Of a stretch of DNA of 64,000 nucleotides, positions 48,697-58,530 are shown in pieces. Origin of the DNA: an uncultured virus (IMG/VR IMGVR_UViG_3300031227_008032). Taxonomy: Duplodnaviria > Heunggongvirae > Uroviricota > Caudoviricetes. The notes under the pieces are model-generated. The model saw only the letters and a list, made by a program, of their open reading frames with translations. It searched no databases and was not told the DNA's origin. The number at the start of each line of letters is the position of its first letter. Within the stretch, counting starts at the first letter, position 1. The stretch is taken from the IMG/VR virus record IMGVR_UViG_3300031227_008032; one strand, given 5' to 3'. A program made the position numbers and the translations under genes.

Positions 48697-49734
48697 GTGC
48701 AATATAAATCTAATACAGCAGTAGTAGTAGATCGTACCACAATACCTAACATAAAAAAAAGAGCAGAAGATATTTTTCAACATGATAATGTAAGAACAGG
48801 CAGATATTTAAAGTTTGGATCTAAATACTTAGACAAGGCAACAGAAGGAATAGAATATAGTACATTTATAATACCAGCCCCAGCTAACTTAGGTAAGTCT
48901 ACACTACTTATAAACATATATCACCAACTAATACTAAACAATCCAGAAGCATTCGTATTAGACTTTACACTAGATGACACATTTGATATACGATATAGAA
49001 ACTCACTAGCACGGATATCCAAGCTATCAATCAACTCAATGAAATATCCAGATACACTATCAGACCCTGAAAAACGAATACGAGAAGCAGCAGCAAAAAC
49101 ATGGGAAACAGATATAGCAAGCAAGCTTATTATCCTAGATAAAACAGATTTTAATGATAGAGCAACTCGACTAACAACAATAGAAAAAATGATATACTAT
49201 ACTAAAGACAACCTAAAAGGTAAAAATAAAAAACTAATAGTTATCATTGATGGCCTACACGATATATATGTAGATGATTTTCCAGGTAACGCAAACAATC
49301 AAATACAAACAGAATCTTGGGTATCAAAACGAATATCAGATATAGCAGATGGAGCTAAGTGTACAATAATAGCATCAGCACATACTCCAAAAGGCTCAAG
49401 ACGAAGAGGTAACTCTCCAGACGCAATAAAAGGCTCATCTAACTTTGGGTATGACGCAAAAATAATAGGAGCAGTTTATTCAGATTATAAGATAAATAGA
49501 GAGAACGCAGAAATATTTCATGAAATCGCAAAAGCAAATCAACCAGACATAACAGAAAAACTACCTGTAATAGAGTTAGATATTACAAAAAACAAAGTTT
49601 CAGACTTTAGCGATATCATATTTATGAAACACTACCCCGTTCAATCGAGAGCAGAAGAAGCAGATGAGGCATGGCAGGAGCACTGGAAAAATGTCATTTA
49701 TAACACAGATACAAAAAAACAAAAACGCACTTAA
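48697..49734 (+). CDS. DnaB-like replicative helicase (SF4)
   Basis: Walker A APANLGKST, FTLDD, Walker B IVIIDGL, IKGSS..GYDA, TKNK. Confidence 0.85.
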   Translation: MQYKSNTAVVVDRTTIPNIKKRAEDIFQHDNVRTGRYLKFGSKYLDKATEGIEYSTFIIPAPANLGKSTLLINIYHQLILNNPEAFVLDFTLDDTFDIRYRNSLARISKLSINSMKYPDTLSDPEKRIREAAAKTWETDIASKLIILDKTDFNDRATRLTTIEKMIYYTKDNLKGKNKKLIVIIDGLHDIYVDDFPGNANNQIQTESWVSKRISDIADGAKCTIIASAHTPKGSRRRGNSPDAIKGSSNFGYDAKIIGAVYSDYKINRENAEIFHEIAKANQPDITEKLPVIELDITKNKVSDFSDIIFMKHYPVQSRAEEADEAWQEHWKNVIYNTDTKKQKRT

Positions 49735-50476
49735 AGTATTAGCAGTTTTAATAGCACTAGTAACTGTATTCTTTATTGGGAGACTAACCTCTCCACCAAA
49801 AGAAATAATTACAGTAATTGAAACAACTAAAACTATAGATGCTAAAACACTAGCACAAATAAAGACTGATATATTAAAAGAATTAGAGAGTACAGAAGCT
49901 ACTTCAATAGATAAAAATACATCTACTAAATCAATAGAAAACGCAGCAAAAGCAACAACTTCTAAAACAAAAGTAAAAGTTACTGAAATAGATATAGCAA
50001 GTGGTAAGTCAACTAAGATAACAGAAACAGAAATAGATGAAGTAGAAACAGAAACAAATATAGTATCTACAAAGACAGATACAACAGTAGCAGAAAAGAT
50101 AGAAGAAACTATAGTTGAAACAACAGATACACATATAGATGCTGTAGTTGATACAACAGTAAAAGTAGAAGAAACATCTACAACAACTATAGTAGAAAAA
50201 CCAGCAGAATCATTGGCATCTGTCCCAGGGCCATTAGGTCTTGGGCTAACAATGAAAGGTAAACCTTTAGTTACATATGATGTAGTAAAGATAAAGGATA
50301 TAGCACTAGCAGCAGCAGCAGAAATAGATATAAAAGAAAAAGATATATCCGCTATTGGAGCAGCAATAACAAAAGCAGTAACTAAAAATAAACGTACGGT
50401 AGTTGGAGTATATGGTTTACATAACCTTGATGAAAGTAGAACAAAAGTAGGAGTAATGATAGGATATAAGTTCTAA
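49691..50476 (+). CDS. Membrane-anchored protein with Thr/Glu-rich linker and C-terminal beta domain (spanin-like?)
   Basis: TM LKVLAVLIALVTVFFIGRL; ends VGVMIGYKF; CAGGAG RBS before ATG 49691. Confidence 0.5.
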   Translation: MSFITQIQKNKNALKVLAVLIALVTVFFIGRLTSPPKEIITVIETTKTIDAKTLAQIKTDILKELESTEATSIDKNTSTKSIENAAKATTSKTKVKVTEIDIASGKSTKITETEIDEVETETNIVSTKTDTTVAEKIEETIVETTDTHIDAVVDTTVKVEETSTTTIVEKPAESLASVPGPLGLGLTMKGKPLVTYDVVKIKDIALAAAAEIDIKEKDISAIGAAITKAVTKNKRTVVGVYGLHNLDESRTKVGVMIGYKF

Positions 50477-50487
50477 CATTAATAGCT

Positions 50488-50499
50488 ATCTGGGAGGAT
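50488..50499 (+). repeat. 12-mer ATCTGGGAGGAT, copy 2 of 3
   Basis: Identical to 7520-7531; precedes the first gene of the sugar cluster. Confidence 0.8.
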
Positions 50500-50502
50500 A
50501 AC

Positions 50503-51456
50503 ATGAAGAAAGCAAAAGTATTAATAACGGGCGGAGCAGGCTATATTGGTTCTGTTCTAACAAAATATTTACTAGATAGAGCTTTTGATGTAACTGTAAT
50601 AGACAACTTAATGTACCATCAAACAGGTTTGTTTGGTGTGTGTAACTATCCTAACTTTAACTTTATATACGGAGACGCACGAGATTCTAACTTACTAAAA
50701 GAACATGTAAAGAACAAAGATGTTATTATACCTCTTGCTTGTATTGTTGGTGCTCCTGCTTGTGATAACAATAAACAAACAGCAGAAACAACAAACGTAT
50801 GTACTATAAAAACATTACTCTCTCCAACTATTATTAGCAAAGACCAACTTATTATCTATCCAACAACAAATAGTGGATATGGAACACAAGACTCAAGCAA
50901 TTTATTATGTACTGAAAGTACTCCACTAACTCCTATAACTCTTTATGGCCGATTAAAGGCTGAAGCTGAAAACTATCTATTAACCTATCATTCTAACTCT
51001 ATATCTCTACGATTGGCGACTGTATTTGGAATGTCACCACGAATGAGAACAGACCTGCTTGTAAATGACTTTGTATTAAAGGCACTTACAGACAGGTCTA
51101 TTGTGCTTTTTGAGAAAGATTTTATGAGAAACTATGTATATATAGGAGATATCGCTGCTTGTATGTACTACTGTATTCAACATAGAGATGACATGGCGCA
51201 CAATATATACAACGTAGGTAATGATTCTCTAAACATGTCAAAAGAAGACCTGGCACTACAAATAAAGAAGTACATTCCAGAACTATACATACACGAAGCA
51301 GCAACTGGACGTGATCCAGATAAAAGAAATTATATTGTATCAAGTAAAAAATTAGCAAATGCTGGATTCATAGCAAGAACTGATTTAGATACAGGAATAA
51401 AAGAACTAATAAAGGGATATAGCATGATACGGAAAGAACATTACGGAAATGCTTAA
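50503..51456 (+). CDS. NAD-dependent SDR, GDP-D-glycero-D-manno-heptose C4-dehydrogenase-like (Campylobacter Cj1427/WcaG type)
   Basis: VLITGGAGYIGSVLT, IIPLA..VGAP.C, IYP.TNSGYG, RLATVFG.SPRMR.DLLVNDF, IVLFE..F.RNY, G.DPDKR.Y.VS. These match my recollection of Cj1427 along the whole length. Confidence 0.8.
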   Translation: MKKAKVLITGGAGYIGSVLTKYLLDRAFDVTVIDNLMYHQTGLFGVCNYPNFNFIYGDARDSNLLKEHVKNKDVIIPLACIVGAPACDNNKQTAETTNVCTIKTLLSPTIISKDQLIIYPTTNSGYGTQDSSNLLCTESTPLTPITLYGRLKAEAENYLLTYHSNSISLRLATVFGMSPRMRTDLLVNDFVLKALTDRSIVLFEKDFMRNYVYIGDIAACMYYCIQHRDDMAHNIYNVGNDSLNMSKEDLALQIKKYIPELYIHEAATGRDPDKRNYIVSSKKLANAGFIARTDLDTGIKELIKGYSMIRKEHYGNA

Positions 51457-52186
51457 CCCAGTATATACACAAGGAATAATATTAGCTGGAGGACAGGGAA
51501 CACGTCTAAAGTCTATGTTTCCAGATATACCCAAGTCTCTTGTACCAATACAAAATAGGCCATTAATATACCATCAATTAGATTTCTTTATAAACAATGG
51601 AATACAAAACATAATAATATGTACAGGCCATCGCGGAGAACAAATATATAGTACAATTGGAACACACTACAAAGGAACCACAATCAACTATTCACATGAG
51701 TTATCTCCTATGGGAACAGGAGGAGCACTTGCTAATGCCCTAAATAAAATAATAGCACCGAGATGTGTTATTATAAACGGAGATACACTATACGATGATA
51801 GTATATCAATTAATGATATAAAAGAAGAACTGTTAGAGCCAAAAAGAAATTACTTAGGAGCAATAGCGGCATACTACAAACAAGAGACAGGAAACTATGG
51901 AACACTTACCATAGATAGCGATAAAACAATTACAGCTTTTAAAGAAAAAGAAGATAATACAAATGGATTAGTTAATGCTGGGCTCTATTTACTACAGCGT
52001 AATTTAATAGAAGACAGCATACCTCAAAATAAATATAACTCACTAGAGTTAGATATATTCCCACGATGGGCCAAAGATAACTTACTATACGCCTACGTTT
52101 GTAATACCTCTTTTCATGATATAGGAACACCAGAAGAGTATACAAAATATACAACAGTAACAATGGCAGCATCAAATGAACAATAA
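51449..52186 (+). CDS. hddC: Sugar-1-phosphate nucleotidyltransferase (HddC-like heptose-1-P guanylyltransferase)
   Basis: ILAGGQGTRL...D.PK.L.PI..RP, E..PMGTGGAL, NGDT, GLVNAGLY, SLE.DIFP, F.DIGTPE.Y; hddA lies nearby. Confidence 0.75.
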   Translation: MLNPVYTQGIILAGGQGTRLKSMFPDIPKSLVPIQNRPLIYHQLDFFINNGIQNIIICTGHRGEQIYSTIGTHYKGTTINYSHELSPMGTGGALANALNKIIAPRCVIINGDTLYDDSISINDIKEELLEPKRNYLGAIAAYYKQETGNYGTLTIDSDKTITAFKEKEDNTNGLVNAGLYLLQRNLIEDSIPQNKYNSLELDIFPRWAKDNLLYAYVCNTSFHDIGTPEEYTKYTTVTMAASNEQ

Positions 52187-53123
52187 AACAACCAGCTTTT
52201 CACCACAATCAAAGCTATTCTACCACGCAGATAGAGTAAAACAATAGATAGAAACAGGTAGAACAACACCAATATTAGTAGAAATCTCTCCAACAAATGT
52301 ATGTAATGCTAACTGCCCTTGGTGTTTCTATGCTAATCAACATTCCACAGAAAGTATAGATACAGAAGCACTATTAGCTGCTATAGCAGATATGGCAAAA
52401 TTAGGAGTTCTAGCAATTAATTATACAGGAGGTGGAGAACCTACATTACATCCCTCTTTTGATAGTTTCTCAAGTCGAGCCTCTCACTTTGGAATAAAGC
52501 AAGGACTATTTACAAACGCAATATCAAGAGGACATCCAGCAAATCCAAAATTATTTGAATGGATACGAATATCTCTAACAGATAAATACATAGAAGCTAT
52601 AGACCCACTACTCATAGCAAACTATATACAACATACAACAGTAGGTATCTCATTAAATGTAACTCCAGAAAACATAGATAGAGCAGAAGAGCTTTGTAAA
52701 CAAGCACGAGATTTAGGAGTACATTATTTTCAAGTAAGACCAGCATTAGTAAATAACTATAAACAACAACCAGATATAGACATACCTTATTATTTACAAG
52801 ACTATGAAACAAAAGACTTTAAAGTATATCTATCAGAATATAAATTTGCCGAGTGTAGAAAACCAAAAACATACACACAATGTTATGCTGGACACTTTAC
52901 TCCTGTAATAGATTATAACGGAAACGTAAGAGTATGTAACTACCATATGAAAGAAGATGAATATATTATAGGAAACTTGAAAAATAATTCATTTTCTTCT
53001 ATAATAAATAGTATACCACTAAGCCTACCTGTAAATAATACATGTCTAACATGTTGTAAGAATCATGAAATAAATAAAACACTTAATGCTATAAGAGAAA
53101 TAAAACACCCAGAGTTTATATAA
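52176..53123 (+). pseudogene. Radical SAM/SPASM protein interrupted by an in-frame TAG at codon 24
   Basis: ATG 52176: MNNKTTSFSPQSKLFYHADRVKQ*IETGRTTPILVEISPTNVCNANCPWC..., with TAG at 52245-52247. The CxxxCxxC motif lies upstream of the track start (52392). GGGEPTLHP and SPASM cysteines follow. Confidence 0.8.
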
Positions 53124-54052
53124 TGAAAAAACTAAAAATGTATTTATATCCAAATAGAAAACCTGTTTGCTGTGACTTATCTCCACTACCAGGTTATAAA
53201 AACTGCACACCTTTTAGTCAAAAAGGTATGGAAGATTGGGTAGAATCTGTATCTCCATGGAATGCTGAGTTCTTCTATATGGGAGAAATCAATCCAAGCA
53301 TGCCTACAATAGAACAAAAAAATTGGGAATTTTGGAATGAATATAAACGTTTTCATATAGCAGATTTAGAAGGAGATTATAATAACACAACAATACGTGA
53401 AGACCTTAAAGACTCTATAGTAACTTCAAGTTGTATACCAATACACTGGAAAAATAGATACGCAATGGGACGACCTGCGCTTTCAAAGTTTTTAGTATAC
53501 ATAGTAAGACATATGCATGAAGAGTTTAGTATACCTAATAGTATATCCTTTGGATTTAAAGGAGAGATGGATGTAAAAGGAAATACAAGAGTAAAAACAT
53601 ATAAAGCATTACGACTCGCAAAACTGCAAGCAAACTATCAATTTAATCCTGGATGGTCTGGTAGAGTAAATGTAGATCAAGCTATATGTAAACAATATCA
53701 AGATGTAATGATAAACAATCTAATAGCAGTATGCCCACAAGGTGCTGGAATAGGAACAATAAGAAGATTTGAAGCATGCTACTTTACACGAGTTCCAGTT
53801 ATAATAGGAGAATGTTTATACACAGGATATGACTACTATGATACATCATTTGCCTATCAACTACCAAGCACATTAACACAAACTGAATTAGCAAATGAAC
53901 TTACTAAAATAGCAGAAACCCCTATAAGCGAATTACAGGACAGAGCTAAAGCAGCAAGAGTTTATTTTGATACAGTAGTAAGAAATTATTTTAAAGACCC
54001 AACTCTATTTTTCTTAAATTATCTGGAGAGACACAACTTATGGAATCCTTAA
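53123..54052 (+). CDS. Exostosin-like (GT47) glycosyltransferase
   Basis: F.F.G......R, Y..VM......VCPQGAG..T.R.FEAC....VPVII. Confidence 0.65.
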   Translation: MKKLKMYLYPNRKPVCCDLSPLPGYKNCTPFSQKGMEDWVESVSPWNAEFFYMGEINPSMPTIEQKNWEFWNEYKRFHIADLEGDYNNTTIREDLKDSIVTSSCIPIHWKNRYAMGRPALSKFLVYIVRHMHEEFSIPNSISFGFKGEMDVKGNTRVKTYKALRLAKLQANYQFNPGWSGRVNVDQAICKQYQDVMINNLIAVCPQGAGIGTIRRFEACYFTRVPVIIGECLYTGYDYYDTSFAYQLPSTLTQTELANELTKIAETPISELQDRAKAARVYFDTVVRNYFKDPTLFFLNYLERHNLWNP

Positions 54053-55212
54053 ACCTAGACTGGCCGTTAATGTCAAATAATATATCTAAAGATGATTTAG
54101 ATAATCTAATAGAGTATCTAAAGCAAGATGATCCACGACTAACTAATGGCCCAAAAGTAGAAGAGTTTGAAGAACAATGGTCGCAATGGCTAGGATGTAA
54201 GTACAGTATATTTGTAAACTCTGGATCCTCAGCTAATATTATCTCTATGGCTATTCTAAAAGAACTATATCCAGAAGGAGGAGAAATAATTATTCCACCT
54301 CTAACATGGGTATCAGATATTACATCAGTAATATTTGCTGGATTTACTCCAGTATTTGTAGACATTAATGTAAATACATTAGGCTTAGATACAGATAAAG
54401 TTCTACAAGCAATAACTTCTAAAACAAAAGCAGTGTTTATCTCTCATATAATGGGATACAATGCGCTTACAAACAAACTATTACATAAACTACAAAAAAG
54501 AAATATAAAGCTAATAGAAGATGTTTGTGAAAGCACTGGAGCTACATTTAGAAACCAAAAACTCGGAACATTTGGAGAAATATCTAACTTTTCTTTCTAC
54601 TTTGCTCATCATATGTCTACAATAGAAGGAGGAATGATCTGTACAAACAAAAAACAGATATATGAAATGGCAAGAGTATTTAGATCACATGGACTAATAA
54701 GAGAAAGCTTACACAAGCCTTGGAGAGATGAAATATCTGTAACCTATTCAGATCTAACACCAGACTTTACCTTTATGTATCCAGCATATAATATGAGAAG
54801 TACAGAGCTTAACGCAGTACTTGGATTATCTCAATTAGAGCATTTAGATATTAAAATAACCACAAGACAGCAAAACCTAAAGTTGTTTCTTAAGAACCTA
54901 AACCCAGAACACTACAAAACAGACTTCAGAGTAGAGGGTAGCTCAAACTATGCGCTTACAATCGTACCAAGGAACTCAGACCTTACACCAAAAATAGAAA
55001 AAGTTTTACAAGAAAGTAAAATAGAATACCGTAGGGGATTATCTGGTGGTGGAAACCAGCTAAGACAGCCTTATCTAAAAAGGCTTTGCTTACGTCCAGA
55101 ACAGTTTGAAGTAACAGATTACCTACACTTCAATAGTTTTTACATAGGTAACTATCCAACACTAAATCAATACAAAATAGTAGAATTATGTAAGAGATTA
55201 AATATATTATAA
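54040..55212 (+). CDS. PLP/PMP-dependent NDP-4-keto-sugar 3-dehydratase (ColD-like, DegT family)
   Basis: FVNSGSSAN, LIEDVCES.GA, FSFYFAHHMSTIEGG (His in place of the DegT Lys), FRSHG..R; lacks the E1/RfbH Fe-S cysteine cluster. Confidence 0.85.
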   Translation: MESLNLDWPLMSNNISKDDLDNLIEYLKQDDPRLTNGPKVEEFEEQWSQWLGCKYSIFVNSGSSANIISMAILKELYPEGGEIIIPPLTWVSDITSVIFAGFTPVFVDINVNTLGLDTDKVLQAITSKTKAVFISHIMGYNALTNKLLHKLQKRNIKLIEDVCESTGATFRNQKLGTFGEISNFSFYFAHHMSTIEGGMICTNKKQIYEMARVFRSHGLIRESLHKPWRDEISVTYSDLTPDFTFMYPAYNMRSTELNAVLGLSQLEHLDIKITTRQQNLKLFLKNLNPEHYKTDFRVEGSSNYALTIVPRNSDLTPKIEKVLQESKIEYRRGLSGGGNQLRQPYLKRLCLRPEQFEVTDYLHFNSFYIGNYPTLNQYKIVELCKRLNIL

Positions 55213-56204
55213 TGGTTATAACAAAGACACCATATCGAATAAGCCTTTTTGGTGGAGGATCCGACTACCCAAACTGGTACCTAAAACATGGTGGTGGGGT
55301 AATAACAACAAGTATAGATAAGTTTTGTTATATGTCCTGTAGAGAACTGCCTCCATTTTTTGAACACAACTACAGAGTAGTATATTCAAAAATAGAAGCA
55401 TGTAATTTAATAAATGAAATAGAACATCCGGCTGTTCGTGGAGTACTAAACTCAGTAGATAATCTACCAACAATGGGATTAGAAATACATTATGACGGAG
55501 ATCTACCAGCAAAAAGTGGTATGGGATCAAGTTCTGCTTTTACTGTAGGGTTATTGTTAGCACTTAATGGATTAAATGGAAGAATGTTAACAAAACGACA
55601 ACTCGCAGAAGAAGCAATATACATAGAACAAAAAGTATTAAATGAAACTGTAGGCAGTCAAGACCAAATACAAGCAGCTTATGGCGGATTCAATCACATA
55701 GAATTTAATCGTAATGGAGAGTTCTTTGTAGAGCCAATAATGCTTCCACAACATACAATAAATGAATTAGATAACCATCTAATGTTATTCTATACAGGAA
55801 TAGAACGAATAGCAGCAACAGTGGCAAGTACATTTGTACCAAACATAGACCAAAAGCGAGAAAGTGTAAGAATTATACAACATCTTGCTGATGAAGCCTT
55901 GACATGTTTAGCAAAAGATGATATATTAGAGATAGGAATACTGTTAGATGAATATTGGAAACTGAAACGAAACCTATCAAGTAAAGTAACTAATACAAAA
56001 ATCAATAATATATATGAACGAGCAAAAACCGCAGGAGCACTCGGAGGTAAACTTAACGGAGCAGGAGCAGGCGGAACTCTATTATTATTTGCTCCACCAG
56101 ATAACCAAGAAGACATAAAAAAAGAACTTAGTGACCTAACACATATTCCATTTACTTTCCACAGCAGAGGATCAGAAGTAGTATATTACTCAAGAGCACA
56201 ATAA
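55212..56204 (+). CDS. hddA: D-glycero-D-manno-heptose-7-phosphate kinase (GHMP kinase)
   Basis: TPYRISLFGGGSDYP, DLPAKSGMGSSSAF, VGSQDQ..AAYGGFN, GALGGKL.GAGAGG. Confidence 0.9.
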   Translation: MVITKTPYRISLFGGGSDYPNWYLKHGGGVITTSIDKFCYMSCRELPPFFEHNYRVVYSKIEACNLINEIEHPAVRGVLNSVDNLPTMGLEIHYDGDLPAKSGMGSSSAFTVGLLLALNGLNGRMLTKRQLAEEAIYIEQKVLNETVGSQDQIQAAYGGFNHIEFNRNGEFFVEPIMLPQHTINELDNHLMLFYTGIERIAATVASTFVPNIDQKRESVRIIQHLADEALTCLAKDDILEIGILLDEYWKLKRNLSSKVTNTKINNIYERAKTAGALGGKLNGAGAGGTLLLFAPPDNQEDIKKELSDLTHIPFTFHSRGSEVVYYSRAQ

Positions 56205-56207
56205 TTT

Positions 56208-57350
56208 ATGATAACAGCAGATACAACAAAACGAAATAGTATATTTACAAACAAGGAACTGGAACACCTATACACATTTAAAGACTTTCCAGTATATATG
56301 GGATGTACAACTAGTCCACAAGACCAAGATCTATGTGCAGATATGTCCTTTGGTATCTGTAAAGATACTGGAACCATTCAATTAGAAAACCTTGTTGATC
56401 CTACCTTAGTTTATTTAGAACACCACAATGATGGAATAGGAAAAGCATGGTCTACACTTAACAAGTCTATAGAAGATACACTAAAGAAGTATAACTCAAC
56501 CAACATCTTAGAACTTGGAGGAGGAGAAGGGCACCTTGCTAACTACTATACACAGCATAACCAAGGTGCTTCCTGGACAATAGTAGACCGCAACCATGTT
56601 AAAGAATCAACTAAAGCCATAAAACGAGTAACTGCTGTCTTTGAAGATATGCCAATCTGTACACAGCCTTTGGATACAATTGTACACAGTAACTTCTTAG
56701 AGCATACAATAAATCCATTAAACACGCTTAAACAAATATACAAACAATTACCAGAAGATGGCTATCATATTTTCGCAATACCTGATATGGAAAACCAACT
56801 TATAACAGGTACAACTAATTGTTTAAATTTTGAACATACATTACTACTAACACGAAGCAATGTAATACATATGTTAAATTTATGTGGGTTTACTATAATA
56901 GAAAGATGTAGCAATAACCCATTATCTGATATATATGTAACAAAGAAATCAAAACGTCCAATGCATATACGTAACCTAAATGACTATGAATACAACAAAA
57001 CATTGTTTACAAACTACATACACTTAAATACAGAAAGAGTAACAAACATAAACAAGCAAATGCTTGAGCTTGACTGCCCAATATATTTCTTTGGAGCACA
57101 TATTTTCTACACCATACTAAGATCATTTGGATTGAATGAAAGTAAAATAGCAGGAATCGTAGATAATTCAGAACTAAAGAATAACAAAAGACTATATGGC
57201 ACAAAATTCTTATCTCAATATCCAAACGATATACTATGGAACAAAACAGCAGTAATACTAAACGTAGCACAGTACCGTAATGAAATAGTAGAACAATTAA
57301 AACTAATCAATAACGAGTTGGTAATTTTAGATGGCAACAATATCAAATAG
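56208..57350 (+). CDS. Class I SAM-dependent methyltransferase (sugar C/O-methyltransferase type)
   Basis: ILELGGGEG, HSNFLEH..NP, F.IPD, LNFEH, C-terminal YFFGA...IVDNS..K..KRLYGT domain. Confidence 0.8.
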   Translation: MITADTTKRNSIFTNKELEHLYTFKDFPVYMGCTTSPQDQDLCADMSFGICKDTGTIQLENLVDPTLVYLEHHNDGIGKAWSTLNKSIEDTLKKYNSTNILELGGGEGHLANYYTQHNQGASWTIVDRNHVKESTKAIKRVTAVFEDMPICTQPLDTIVHSNFLEHTINPLNTLKQIYKQLPEDGYHIFAIPDMENQLITGTTNCLNFEHTLLLTRSNVIHMLNLCGFTIIERCSNNPLSDIYVTKKSKRPMHIRNLNDYEYNKTLFTNYIHLNTERVTNINKQMLELDCPIYFFGAHIFYTILRSFGLNESKIAGIVDNSELKNNKRLYGTKFLSQYPNDILWNKTAVILNVAQYRNEIVEQLKLINNELVILDGNNIK

Positions 57351-58530
57351 ATCAAAAAAACTAACTGGACAACCTATGTTTGACCTAATGAAAAAAGCCA
57401 ACAACATCATTAGCCCAGACAAAGAGATAATACATATGGAAATAGGAGATACTAAACATAGTCCTCCTAACGATGCCATATTAGATACAGTAGCATCTCT
57501 GGCATTAGGAAATATTGGATATGCTGATTCACAAGGGCTTGAAGAGCTAAGAAAAGAAATATCTGAATACATATGTAATACACATGGATTTAGACCACAA
57601 ACTGATTGTATAATAGTTGCTCCAGCAAACGCACTAATAAGTTTTGTTATGCAATGTTGTTTAGATAAAGGAGATGGAGTAATATGTCCAGATCCAGGAT
57701 TTCCTACATACACAGCAGCAGCTAACTACACAGAAACAAACATACAATACGCACCATTAAACATAAAAAACGATTATACGCTAACTAAAGACATAGTAAA
57801 CATAGCAAAAGATAATACATCCAAACTGCTAATAATAAATAGTCCAAGCAATCCAACAGGAACTACACTTTCTAAAGATACACTACATGATCTTTATAAA
57901 ACTGCGAAAGAAAATGATATGTGGATTCTAAGCGATGAAGTATATTCAGAAATAGTATATGATGGTGCTACACATCAATCTGTATGTAACATAGATAAAT
58001 GTGAAAAAAGAACAATACTACTTGGAAGTTTATCTAAAACACATTGTATGCCTGGTTGGAGAATGGGATACGTAGTTGCTCCGCTTCTTGTAGCAATGCG
58101 AATCGCCGCACTTGTACAAACATTACTATCTTGTATGCCAATCTTTACACAACACGGAGCAATAGGAGCTTTAAAGGATACAGAGTTTCCAAAAGAACTA
58201 AGAAACGAGCTACAAGAAAAAAGAGACATAGTAGTGGAAGCACTAAACAATATGCCTGGAATAGACTGTCCAATGCCTGGTGGAGCATTCTATGTATTCC
58301 CTTCAATAGAAGATACAAAAAAGGATGGAATAGATTTCCAAAACTGGACACTCGATACCCTGGGAGTTGTAACACTATCTGGTAGTTACTTCGGACCAAA
58401 CAGTACAAATAATATACGAATAAGTTACGCATCCTGCTCAATTGATCAACTATATGAAGCAATGAGTAGGCTAAACGATGGATTATCTGGGAGGATAAAA
58501 AGCTTTGACAGTTTCAGAATACATCTCTAA
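57331..58530 (+). CDS. Class I/II PLP-dependent aminotransferase (aspartate aminotransferase-like)
   Basis: INSPSNPTG, ILSDEVY, SLSKTHCMPGWRMGY, PGGAFYVFP, IRISYA. Confidence 0.92.
   Translation: MATISNRSKKLTGQPMFDLMKKANNIISPDKEIIHMEIGDTKHSPPNDAILDTVASLALGNIGYADSQGLEELRKEISEYICNTHGFRPQTDCIIVAPANALISFVMQCCLDKGDGVICPDPGFPTYTAAANYTETNIQYAPLNIKNDYTLTKDIVNIAKDNTSKLLIINSPSNPTGTTLSKDTLHDLYKTAKENDMWILSDEVYSEIVYDGATHQSVCNIDKCEKRTILLGSLSKTHCMPGWRMGYVVAPLLVAMRIAALVQTLLSCMPIFTQHGAIGALKDTEFPKELRNELQEKRDIVVEALNNMPGIDCPMPGGAFYVFPSIEDTKKDGIDFQNWTLDTLGVVTLSGSYFGPNSTNNIRISYASCSIDQLYEAMSRLNDGLSGRIKSFDSFRIHL
58485..58496 (+). repeat. 12-mer ATCTGGGAGGAT, copy 3 of 3
   Basis: Identical to 7520-7531; precedes the TTG start at 58505. 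Confidence 0.8.

Noticed and set aside
6117..50502. Rho-independent terminators in intergenic gaps
   Set aside because: No convincing GC-rich hairpin followed by a U-tract could be identified by eye.
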